Virus record (IMG/VR): IMGVR_UViG_3300035034_002090
Location: 45,238 to 109,237 of that record
DNA length: 64,000 nucleotides
Origin: a virus
Taxonomy: Duplodnaviria > Heunggongvirae > Uroviricota > Caudoviricetes
Reading direction: 5' to 3' (one strand)
A program made the position numbers and the translations under genes. The first letter of the stretch is position 1. Each line of letters starts with the position of its first letter. Of this stretch, positions 47,245-56,900 are shown one piece after another. The notes beneath the pieces were generated by a model. The model was not told where the DNA came from and ran no database searches. It was given only the letters and a program-made list of their open reading frames with translations.

Positions 47245-47266
47245 AGTTGTTTCAGGTCCGAGACCC
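47243..47266 (+). promoter_or_regulatory. candidate late promoter/operator, copy 2
   Basis: AAAGTTGTTTCAG-N6-GACCC; 98 nt between the 13-mer and the ATG at 47354. Confidence 0.55.
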
Positions 47267-47353
47267 CTAAAGAATTGGAATCGGATTGTTCATCGGCATA
47301 AAACAAATCCGTTAATGACGCAGGCGCTTCGGACAGCTTGAGGGAGACAATCG

Positions 47354-50014
47354 ATGGCAAAGTTCAGTTACCCCGGTGTATACCGTGAGGAAGTAAGGTC
47401 GCAACAACGAGTTGCACAAGCTGCATCCACAGCAAACCTTGCGGTAGTTTCGTTTTTTGAGAGAGGTCCAGTCAATGAGCCTGTCCTTGTGACAGATCTT
47501 GATGAAGCTTTTCGGGTATTCGGTGATTACACCAGCAAATCACTAGGACCGACTTCTCTTGCTTCTTATTACGCGAATGGCGGCCAGAACGCCTATGTTG
47601 TTCGTGTTGTTGGTGCGGGTGCTGCTGCCGCTAACGGCTCTTTTCAAAAGGATGAGCAACAGGTTGTAGGCACCTCAACAGGCGGTGGCGTAAAGGAGAC
47701 TATTTCCTCCACTCTATTAGAGACCCCGATCGCACCGGGATCTGTGACTGTAGAGTTTACTGATCCGACCGAGTATGACTCGGAGGTCATCGGCACGACT
47801 GATGGCACCGATTCATTTTCAGGAAGTGTCGCTAACGCTCCGGTTGCTCCGGGAGGCGTGTCGGTCACTGATAGCTCTGGCACCGAAAACTTTACCGACA
47901 ATGCTGACGGCACTCTTACGGGGGCTAACGGTGGATCCGGATTTGTAGATTACAGAACTGGTGCTATTGAATTGACATATGATTCATCTGCAATACCTGT
48001 TGCTGACGAGGATGTTCAGGTCACCTATACTGAATTTCCTAGTGCGTCAGGAACGGCATCGTTAGATGTAGTTGATCTGACTTACATTGGTCGACTCGAA
48101 AGCGCACTGGCACCATTCAATGAATGGCAAGATGCTAGTAGCGACACACATGCATTCATCGAGTTTACGTGGACCGATTTCACGGGGACTGACGCAAAGG
48201 CCACTGTTGCTTCAGATGGATCCATCTCTGGTGATGCTACGGGAGCTGTAGATCAGGCCACGGGTGACTTCGCGCTGAAAGTAGCCTCCGCATCTGCACC
48301 TCAGCAAGACACCAACATCTTGGTGAGCTATCACTACGCAGTGACAACGCACACCGCCACCGATGATGGTTTGGGAGGGTTCGACACAGGGACTGCTCTG
48401 GATGACAGTTCAGTTACCCCTGAAATCAACTATGAGACCGGGGAGATCTCGTTTGAGACGGCTGTTATTCAGTCTGCCAGTTCTTCAATCGTCGTATCTT
48501 ATGGCGCTCAGACGCACATCTTTTCTATGAAGGACCCGGGAGCCTTCGGTGATAATTTCGTTGTCACTCTTCAGGCTAACGAGAACTACCTAGATAGCGA
48601 TACTGGAGGCTACAGTCGCTTTGATCTATCTGTATCTGAGGTCGATCCGGACACAGGCTCTGTTTCTGGGCGCGGTAATTTCGAGGCACTCGTTCTAGAT
48701 GACACGTCAGATGCCGATCATGTGGCTCAGGTTATTAATGACCCATTTACGGGATCTGATCTCGTCGAAGTTTCGCCGTCCTTTTCTGGCACTGTCCCTG
48801 AAACGCTAAAGGGTATTTCTGTAAGCGCGCTTAAGATTGGCGAGTTTGCAGGTGTTTCACCTAGTGAGGTTAGCTTGAAGCTTCCTCGTTACGGTGGACG
48901 AGACATCATAGAGGGAACCCTAGAGATTACCTACGGTGATTACACCATCACCGATGATGCTCAGGGAGGTCTTGAGGGAGATGTAGCGCTTTCTAGCTCA
49001 GCCTCGATTGATTACGAGACTGGACTTCTCACCTTCACCCCATCTGAAAATGGCTCTTTGGCCTTGGCTATCACGGCCTCCTACAGAGTCACGTCTTCAG
49101 CAACGGCGGTAGAGCTTTCCCTTGCAGGCGGAAACGATGGCGCTGCTATCACACGCGAAGCCGTTACCGATGTGGGACTGTCTGCCAGCGACGAGGGAAT
49201 TTACGCACTGGATGCTGTTGATGAGCTTCTCATCATGGCTCTTCCTGATTTTGCCGGAGACGCTCAGGCGGAACGAGCTGCCATCGCTTACGCCGAAGAG
49301 CGTGATGATTCGATGGTGATTGTTTCACCTCCAAGGGGCTCGTCTGTAAAGCAGGCTATCAACTACAGGCGCACGGTACTGGCCTCGCAGTCAGATCGTG
49401 CCGCCATGTACTACCCGCACATTCAGATCGAAGATCCCGTGACGCGAAAGACCATGGCAGTTCCGCCTCACGGTCACGTTGCTGGAATCTGGGCCAAGAC
49501 TGACGCAAACCGAAATGTTGGTAAGGCTCCGGCCGGAACCACTGATGGGGCGCTCAATTTCCTCTTGGGCTTTGAGAAGAACCTCAAAGAAGAAGAGGTT
49601 GGTCAGCTCACCCAAGGTTACGTCAACGCCCTATGGCAGCCACCAAGAGCACCACGCGCTGTCTGGGGCGCTCGTACGCTGCAAGTGGGCGGTGAGTTCC
49701 GATACATCAACAAACGCCGCACGGTCGACTTCACGTCGGTCACAGTCGCCAGAAGCATGTGGTGGACGGTGTTCGAGAATAACGGTCCTCAGCTATGGGT
49801 CCGAATCAACGGACAAGTTCGAGGAATTCTTCGTCGATTCTTCGCAGAGGGCCTCTACAAGGGCACCACCGAAGAGGAAGCGTTCTTCGTGACGGTCGAC
49901 GGTAGCAATAACACGCAAGATGTTGTCGAGGCAGGTCAGCTCATTGTTGACTATGGCGTTTCAACAAACACGCCTGCTGAATTCATCCGCTTGCGTCACA
50001 GGCAGATCCTGTAA
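47354..50014 (+). CDS. contractile tail sheath protein with inserted beta domains
   Basis: YPGVYREE, FERGPVNEP, YYANGG..AYVVRV; AAMYYP, PPHGHVAG, GKAPAG, WGARTL, PAEFI. Confidence 0.95.
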   Translation: MAKFSYPGVYREEVRSQQRVAQAASTANLAVVSFFERGPVNEPVLVTDLDEAFRVFGDYTSKSLGPTSLASYYANGGQNAYVVRVVGAGAAAANGSFQKDEQQVVGTSTGGGVKETISSTLLETPIAPGSVTVEFTDPTEYDSEVIGTTDGTDSFSGSVANAPVAPGGVSVTDSSGTENFTDNADGTLTGANGGSGFVDYRTGAIELTYDSSAIPVADEDVQVTYTEFPSASGTASLDVVDLTYIGRLESALAPFNEWQDASSDTHAFIEFTWTDFTGTDAKATVASDGSISGDATGAVDQATGDFALKVASASAPQQDTNILVSYHYAVTTHTATDDGLGGFDTGTALDDSSVTPEINYETGEISFETAVIQSASSSIVVSYGAQTHIFSMKDPGAFGDNFVVTLQANENYLDSDTGGYSRFDLSVSEVDPDTGSVSGRGNFEALVLDDTSDADHVAQVINDPFTGSDLVEVSPSFSGTVPETLKGISVSALKIGEFAGVSPSEVSLKLPRYGGRDIIEGTLEITYGDYTITDDAQGGLEGDVALSSSASIDYETGLLTFTPSENGSLALAITASYRVTSSATAVELSLAGGNDGAAITREAVTDVGLSASDEGIYALDAVDELLIMALPDFAGDAQAERAAIAYAEERDDSMVIVSPPRGSSVKQAINYRRTVLASQSDRAAMYYPHIQIEDPVTRKTMAVPPHGHVAGIWAKTDANRNVGKAPAGTTDGALNFLLGFEKNLKEEEVGQLTQGYVNALWQPPRAPRAVWGARTLQVGGEFRYINKRRTVDFTSVTVARSMWWTVFENNGPQLWVRINGQVRGILRRFFAEGLYKGTTEEEAFFVTVDGSNNTQDVVEAGQLIVDYGVSTNTPAEFIRLRHRQIL

Positions 50015-50025
50015 GGAGCTTATTG

Positions 50026-50667
50026 ATGCCTCGCTTGCTTGAAATGATTGATCGAGCCCTCCTTGGGTTCGGCAGAGGACGGTCGACTGATGTCCGTCAA
50101 ACTGCCGGACCCGGGGGAAGCTTGGAGTCTTCGTCAGAAGAGAGAGTCGATGGCTGGCTCGTCAGCTTCCCCGGTCAGAGCTACGGCGATGGAGGTCCCG
50201 CCGAGATGGGAGGGCCTGTGCCCGTTGCTCTGGTCGGACATGAGGATATGGATGATGCGGCCTTCAGGGACTTTGTCTCTACGCTTTATCAGTCAACTCA
50301 TCGCCGACAGGTTTCCGAGCCAGCAGGATTTCAGGCCCCATCATCTCAAGGGGATAGTGGTCACACCATGATTGATCTCAGGCGGGTAACTCAAGCGGGC
50401 GATCTTTCGCCAGTTGCTAAACGCAGATGTCCTGAGTTGTGCAAGCACGCCACATCTATGGTGAGCGTTCTGGATAGGGTGGCACCGTTTCCTATGGCAA
50501 CAGGAATCCTCGACGACTACCGGCGCTCTAAGGACTCTTTTCGCATGTCTGAAGTGATGTCTTACATGGCTGATCTTCTTAGTAAAATGCGGGAACCGGC
50601 AAGCCGACAATCTACTATTGGCGACACCATCGGTCACGTACCGGATACGAATCACTACAGACTGTAA
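50026..50667 (+). CDS. hypothetical protein between sheath and tube
   Basis: AAGGAG RBS; no motif recognised. Confidence 0.65.
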   Translation: MPRLLEMIDRALLGFGRGRSTDVRQTAGPGGSLESSSEERVDGWLVSFPGQSYGDGGPAEMGGPVPVALVGHEDMDDAAFRDFVSTLYQSTHRRQVSEPAGFQAPSSQGDSGHTMIDLRRVTQAGDLSPVAKRRCPELCKHATSMVSVLDRVAPFPMATGILDDYRRSKDSFRMSEVMSYMADLLSKMREPASRQSTIGDTIGHVPDTNHYRL

Positions 50668-50712
50668 GTTGGGTGGCTCTCAATAGGAGCCCAAACAGAC
50701 GGAGCACCTAAA

Positions 50713-51237
50713 ATGGCACGAGCGAGCACAGCAGATTTTCTTCAAAACTTCAGGTTCCACGCTAAGGTCAACATCGAAGATGGTGTTGATGCAGATGCGT
50801 TGGGCTTTTCCGCCGAAGGCAAGTACCAGACTGAAGCAGGCTTCAACTCAGTGAGCACCCCTGAGTACAGCATTGAGTCGACTGAGTACCGAGACGGCAT
50901 TACCACATACACCATGAAGCAGCCCGGGTTCCCAACGGTCAACGAGCTGACATTCTCGCGTGGAGTAGTCCTAAAAGACACGACCTTTCTAGATTGGGCG
51001 CTGAGGGTCTGGGACAATCAGGCATACCGAGCTGACATCGACATCTACCACTATGGCAAGCAGGCCGTAGAGTCCAAGAGTGGAGGTTTTGATGCCAGTA
51101 AGGGGCGCATCATCAAAGCGTACAACGCTTATCCAATTCGCGTGAAACCGGCTGCTGATCTGGATGCAACTGGCACCGATATTGCGCTACAGGAAATGGA
51201 CGTGGCCTTCGAGTATTTCGAGATCATCAAGCCTTAA
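50713..51237 (+). CDS. tail tube protein (T4 gp19/Afp1-like)
   Basis: FRF...GFNSV...EYRDG...PG...LTFSRGV...W...AYP...LDA...ALQEMDVAFE. Confidence 0.9.
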   Translation: MARASTADFLQNFRFHAKVNIEDGVDADALGFSAEGKYQTEAGFNSVSTPEYSIESTEYRDGITTYTMKQPGFPTVNELTFSRGVVLKDTTFLDWALRVWDNQAYRADIDIYHYGKQAVESKSGGFDASKGRIIKAYNAYPIRVKPAADLDATGTDIALQEMDVAFEYFEIIKP

Positions 51238-51248
51238 TGTCCTGAATT

Positions 51249-51270
51249 GGGGGCTTCGGCCCCCTTTTTT
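51249..51270 (+). terminator. intrinsic terminator
   Basis: GGGGGC-TTCG-GCCCCC-T6. Confidence 0.88.
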
Positions 51271-51288
51271 GATACCAAGGAGGGTTGT

Positions 51289-52008
51289 ATGGCTAGGGGC
51301 CGTGCTTCCGATCTTTTTCAGAACTACAGATTTCATCTAGTTGACATGCCCTCGGCTGTCGACACGGGTGAGGCCAGCCCTTTTGCGCTCTCACCGCTAA
51401 TCGGCTTCAAGAGTATCACTGCACCGTCTGTTCAGGTTGAGACCTTTGAAATCAACGCTGGAAACCAACCGTTTCCTATGCATGTTCCCAAATCCGCCAA
51501 GACCGAGAACATTACTCTGAGTCGCGGGGTTCGTGTCGGCGATGATGAGTTTTTTCGGTGGATAAAGAAGGCAATTTATGGCCGAGGGACCTATCACAGG
51601 GACCTCTTGCTTCTACAGATTCATTCTCCTTACGCAAGTGAGGACGTGCATGTAAGACATGCTGAAGTAGCGGCCTATGGTGTCGGTGCTGCAACCATGT
51701 TTTCCAAGCCCTACGGTGGTGCTGTGGCAGCTGCTGCTACCGTTGGCGCGCTTGCTACAGCCGGGTTCTCGAACGCTGTCGTCGCCGCCCGTGCTTGGAT
51801 GCTTCATCACTGTATGCCTGTCAGTTACAAGTCCTCCAATGATTTTGACTCTGAGGATATTAGCTTTTCTGTTCAAGAGCTAGAGCTTGAGGTGGAGTAT
51901 TTCGAGGAAGTAAGCTTCGGTCCACCAAGTCTTAGTTCAGTTACCAACGCAGGTGTTAACGCCGTAAGCACCGCCGCATTTGCTGGCATATCGAGGGTCC
52001 GAGGATGA
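51289..52008 (+). CDS. second tube-like protein (tube initiator, Afp5/gp54-like) with Ala-rich insert
   Basis: YRF..GFKSI...ITLSRGV..FFRW...WML..CMP..YK...ELELEVEYF. Confidence 0.8.
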   Translation: MARGRASDLFQNYRFHLVDMPSAVDTGEASPFALSPLIGFKSITAPSVQVETFEINAGNQPFPMHVPKSAKTENITLSRGVRVGDDEFFRWIKKAIYGRGTYHRDLLLLQIHSPYASEDVHVRHAEVAAYGVGAATMFSKPYGGAVAAAATVGALATAGFSNAVVAARAWMLHHCMPVSYKSSNDFDSEDISFSVQELELEVEYFEEVSFGPPSLSSVTNAGVNAVSTAAFAGISRVRG

Positions 52009-52229
52009 GCCGCTTTGACATTGACGAGTCCGCCACCACAACGTCCGCCACTACCACTTCTGGAAACGCAGGGGCGTATACAAAGCCTCTGGGTTACTCT
52101 TCGAAGTCTTTGCCCGTTCTAGTGGATGATTTCGGCAGACGTGCCCAAGAGGCCCTGTCTCACACTCAGACTGGAAGAAAAAATCAAAAAGAGCGTAGAA
52201 GAAAAACTAAATTGATGACCATGATATAA
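52005..52229 (+). CDS. small protein, probable internal head protein
   Basis: IDE-S followed by TTTSGNAGAYTKPLG; basic tail. Confidence 0.55.
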   Translation: MSRFDIDESATTTSATTTSGNAGAYTKPLGYSSKSLPVLVDDFGRRAQEALSHTQTGRKNQKERRRKTKLMTMI

Positions 52230-52319
52230 CCAAATATCATCAACAAAGCTGAAAGTTTTGGGTTCTTGTAAGTCCCTCAAGAACATCATGGATCCCATCC
52301 CGTTTATATCCTATCTCGG

Positions 52320-52348
52320 TTGACATTTCCGACCATCATAAGGATACT
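52320..52348 (+). promoter_or_regulatory. sigma70-like promoter
   Basis: TTGACA-N17-GATACT. Confidence 0.65.
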
Positions 52349-52426
52349 TGTTCGCGTCCACTTCCCTTTGATTTGTCAAGGGGATAATAGCTAGTGCAAT
52401 CGTGTGCAAGGCCCCGCTAAGGAGAT

Positions 52427-53488
52427 ATGATGACTGATGATATTAAAAGCATCCCAGATGATGGTGAAAAGCCGGAAAAGCTCAGTGATGAGCAGGTTCA
52501 GAATCTGCTGAATAAAGGGATGAAGGAAAATGCCGATGGTCCCGAGGCGGACAAGTACACGCAGTTGGGTACTATTCTTGATGATGCAGATTTCGAAGGG
52601 AAGAGCATCTATGCAACCGTTCCTTTGCTGGGTGGTGGAGTCTTTGATGATAAGGGGCATCACGATGCAGCAATTATCAGAGAAATGACCGGACGCTCCG
52701 ACATGCTTCTGATGGACCTTAACGGGTTCGATACGAATGGTTTGAAGCAGATCGTTTTGGATTGTGTCGAATCTGTGGGGTCTTACACCGACAAGTCAGA
52801 CATTCAGAATTTAATTCTGGGGGACATGCTTATCGGGGATTACCTGTACCTCGTTATGCGCATCAGGCAACTGTCTGTAGGGGACGACTACCGGTTCAAG
52901 GATCAGTGCGGCAAATGCACCCACATTGATACCTACAACGTACTCATGTCCGAATTGGATTATGAGAACCCGATACCGCCGCTCGAAGAAAACCGACATC
53001 AGATCACCGAGCTAAGCAAGGGGCCGATGAATTGGGAGATTCACTGGCACTTCATGACGGAAGGTGACAGCAAATACCTAGATACCGTCATGAGCTGGAT
53101 GGACGACAAAGAGGGCGGAAGCAAGGCCAAGCAGAAGAAATCTTCAGATGAAGAGACTCCCAAAAAGGGACCTTCGGTGGATCTGCTTTCAGCCCAAATG
53201 ATTCCTCGCATTGATAAGATCGTCGAGCCAGATGGCGAAGAGGTTTTCTTCGGTCGCTCAAGCAAACGAACTGCTGATGGAAAATTGACCATGCAGCAGG
53301 GTGTTCAATATTTCCGCGATCTTCCTCTATGGATCCGCACCAAGTTTACATCAAAGGTCAATTATCTGGAGCCGGGTATTGATACTGAGGTGGTCTGGAA
53401 TTGCGCCAATTGCGGAAGCCAGAACAACAAGATTGTTTACCCGATGAGCCCTGATTTTTTTATCCAATTGGACACCCCGATCGATTAA
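52427..53488 (+). CDS. tail assembly chaperone / baseplate hub assembly protein (T4 gp26-like)
   Basis: IREMTG, DYLYL..IR..SVG..Y...CxxC, GID....CxxC, ends PDFF. Confidence 0.78.
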   Translation: MMTDDIKSIPDDGEKPEKLSDEQVQNLLNKGMKENADGPEADKYTQLGTILDDADFEGKSIYATVPLLGGGVFDDKGHHDAAIIREMTGRSDMLLMDLNGFDTNGLKQIVLDCVESVGSYTDKSDIQNLILGDMLIGDYLYLVMRIRQLSVGDDYRFKDQCGKCTHIDTYNVLMSELDYENPIPPLEENRHQITELSKGPMNWEIHWHFMTEGDSKYLDTVMSWMDDKEGGSKAKQKKSSDEETPKKGPSVDLLSAQMIPRIDKIVEPDGEEVFFGRSSKRTADGKLTMQQGVQYFRDLPLWIRTKFTSKVNYLEPGIDTEVVWNCANCGSQNNKIVYPMSPDFFIQLDTPID

Positions 53489-53655
53489 GGAATCTCTTAG
53501 AGACGGTGTCCTATCTAACGATCGAGGGCGGAATGTCGGCAGAAGAGGTTTTTCGCCTGCCATCCTCGCTTCGTGATGTGCTTGTAGAGTCACTGAATGA
53601 CAAGCTCAAGCGGGATTACGATTACAAAGTTGCAATGTTGAAGCGAGGGTTTTGA
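53455..53655 (+). CDS. -1 frameshift extension of the tail chaperone (G-T-like)
   Basis: In-phase T TTT TTT; -1 frame open to TGA 53653-53655. Confidence 0.75.
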   Translation, partial: FFYPIGHPDRLRNLLETVSYLTIEGGMSAEEVFRLPSSLRDVLVESLNDKLKRDYDYKVAMLKRGF

Positions 53656-53658
53656 TCT

Positions 53659-53991
53659 ATGATGGATTGGGAGTCGAAATTAGCCCATCTTGCTGGCCTG
53701 CCTCATCCGATAGTGTACCTGCATAACGTCAGGGCTCAGCCACTAGGAGATGGGAACTTGCGCCTGCTTATCGTTGACCATCCTTACCATGCTGCCTGTT
53801 GGGACGTCCTTGAGGAACACGGCATAGGTCGTGAAGTTGTTTTGATCCTCGATGGCGATGAATACTTGTACCAAGCTGAGATTGGAGACGATGAGGCTGT
53901 ATACCTTATCCCTAATCAAGGTGAGAACGAGAAACTACCCGACAACGATCGCTTTCTAAGGAAAGCTTTCAATCTTCGGCTTCGATGGTGA
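53659..53991 (+). CDS. hypothetical protein
   Basis: 110-aa ORF before the tape measure. Confidence 0.65.
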   Translation: MMDWESKLAHLAGLPHPIVYLHNVRAQPLGDGNLRLLIVDHPYHAACWDVLEEHGIGREVVLILDGDEYLYQAEIGDDEAVYLIPNQGENEKLPDNDRFLRKAFNLRLRW

Positions 53992-53997
53992 ACACTG

Positions 53998-56900
53998 ATG
54001 GGAAAAAACCTAGCGAACCTTGGTATCGCTTGGTACTCGGACGATAAGAAAGTTCAGAATGACATCGGTTCTCTTCAGGGATCACTGGAGGGCATCAAGG
54101 ATACTCTGGGTGCTATCAAGCGCGTCAATGCGATTGGTGCCATTGTTGACGCCGTCAGTATGGACAAGCTTCGAGCTATCAAAGCCGGTGTTTCAGAACT
54201 TGCTTCTGGAAATCTTGAGGCTGCTGGCGCGGCTGGACCCCTTGATTCCATGTATGCTCAGGCAGCCAAATCTGCCTCCCAGCTGGCCGCTTCGTCATCC
54301 AAAGTTTCTGAAAACATGAAGGGCGTCAATAAGTCTGTCGGTCTCGCAAGATCGCTCAATATTGATGCCAATGCTGTTCAGAAGATCGCCGCAGAGTTCA
54401 CGAAGCTCGAAACCAACGCCACCAAGTATGGTTTCGAGAGTATGAAGGACTTCGTGAAGATGACGCAGGTGGCCGAGGTGGAGGGGGAGAACCTTGTTAG
54501 AACCCTGAAGGGCCTTGAGACTGGCTTTAACTTCTCAGGCAAGGGCGCGGGTAAGCTGCTTGATGAAGTGACCTATATCGGCCGGGAGTTCGGTTTCGGC
54601 ACCGATGCTGTAAAGCAGTTCGAAACAGTCACAGGCTCGCTGAACGAGCACTTGCGATACATGGGAGAGGATGCTGGCCCGGAGGAATTCTCTGAGATGA
54701 CGCGCCAGATCTACCTCTTGGCCGGAGGTATGGTTAAGCTCGGAAAGGATCCAGCTGACGCCATGAGTGAGGCAACGGAAACGTTCACGAAACTCGCTGG
54801 AGCTAAGGGGGAGATGAGGGCCATGTTCACAGGAAAGGGTGGACTCCCTGACCTGCTTCAGCAGGGCGCTATCTCTATCGGTGATTTTGGAAAAATGCAG
54901 GACATGATGAACGAGAAGCCTCTCGATTTCATCATGAGCATGGGCGAGCACTTTGACAAGCTCGGCTCAAAGCAGCAGGAGTTCTTGCGTCAGAATGTCT
55001 TGAAAGACATGGGCGCGGACACCGACTGGTTTATTCAGGGAAACTGGAAGCAAGTCGCCCCCGCTATTGATAAAGTAAAAAATAGCATGGACAAGGCTAG
55101 CGGGTCGGCCCAGAAGATGGGCAAGCATTTCCGCACGGGGAGAACGTATACCGAAAGACTCAACATGGTGACTGAGGACTATCAGCAGTCGATTTCCGAC
55201 CTGACCAAAAACGCCCTTGGAAACACCTTCATTAAGCGCCAGCGAAACTTCTACATGGGTATGCTGGCACCGGCCTTTGAAAGCATGACGGAGGGCACGT
55301 TTAAGGTTGCAGAAGGTGTAGGGTTTATCAATAAGCAGCTCGACAAGACCGGCACTAACGCCAGTATCACCAAAGAGCAACTAGGGGGTATTCAGGAGGT
55401 TCTAGCGAAAGGCTTCTTGGGCTTTAGGGCTTCGGGGTTTGAGGGACTCATGGTTGCGGCCATGGATGCTGAGCCTGCAATCAAGGCCATATCTAAGTAC
55501 GCCAAAGTCACGACTGATACAGTAAAGGAAGCTAATGAGGATGGCTATGTTGCTCAGTTCACACTCCTTTGGAAGGCGGCCAAGGGATACCTAGGCTCGC
55601 TTAAGCCAATGCTGGAGGATGTGAAAGGAAAGATGAAGGAGATGTGGGATGACTTCAGGACAGCCCACCCCACGGTTTATGCCATCCAGTCATTTTTCTC
55701 TGACATGCATTCGAAGGCCGTAAAGCTGAAGGGCGTTGTGGAGGACCTCTTTGGTAAAGCCTTTGGGATAGACCCTCAAAAGAAAAAGGACCTCAAAGCA
55801 TCGCTAGATGGTATGAGAGGCGGCACCATTGGCGGCGCTAATTTCATGAACCCAATGGGGTCTCCCCTTAGCACTGGCACCCTCATGGACGATATGGCCA
55901 TGAAGGACCAAGAGAGTCTTATGGGTGCCATGATTGAGTCTGAGGACTTTAAGTCCAAAGAGGCGCACAAGAAGCTTGGTGTGGGCATAGCCACAATGAT
56001 GGCCGGTCTACCGCTCTCTAAATTTATTGCAGGCGCTATTCCCGGCGGAGGAATCTTGATGGCCCTGCTGGGTGTGGGCGCAGCAGCAGTTCACATCGAT
56101 CAGAATATGGAAGGGGGCATTGAGGCGTTCATTGATAAGGTCGCTGCAAAGATAGGCCCGCTCATCGATAAGGCATCGCCCCACCTCAAGAAGGCCGCTG
56201 ACGCGCTAGGAAAGCTGTTTTCGAAGCTGGCATCCATGATTGATTGGAATAAGGTCGGGGAGAAGCTCGCCTCCGGCGTAAGTAGCTTTGTGTCAGCACT
56301 TGGCTCAGCCATCAGCTATGCATTCAGTGACTCAAAGGGTCAAAAGGAGCTAGAAGGTGCTGCGAAAAACGGAGGCATGACGGCTTCTCTGGCGGTCGCT
56401 ATGGGTAAAGCCTTTGAGGGTCTGGGAGGGGCGCTAAAAGGAATGGGTAAAGGTATCCTGACAAGCCTGTGGCAAGGTGTAGTGGGTAAGCCTGAAGAAG
56501 ATAAGGAAGCCACCGAGGTTATATCTGATGCCGGTAAGACCGTAGCGGGCATGTTTGTTGCCGGTATCCTAACGGGTATCGCGGCAACCTTTACTCGCTC
56601 GAAGATCCTAGGCGTCATAGGAAGAGTTCTCAGAGCGCCAATATCTATCCCCTTCAAGTTCGTAGCGGGAACCACCAAAGCTGCCACTAAAGGGTACTTG
56701 ACTGCCAAGGGGATGGCGAAGGCTGGGGAATTAGCTCAGAAATTTGGGTTTGCCGATGATGTGGCTGCTGCTGAGGCTAGAGTTGCTGCCGCGTCTACCT
56801 CTAAAGAAGCTAGGGCTGCTAAGTTCGGTCTGGGTAAGGCTAAAGCTGGCGCTAAGCTCAGGGGTGCTGGCACGAAGGTTATCGGCGGCGTAGATAAGGC

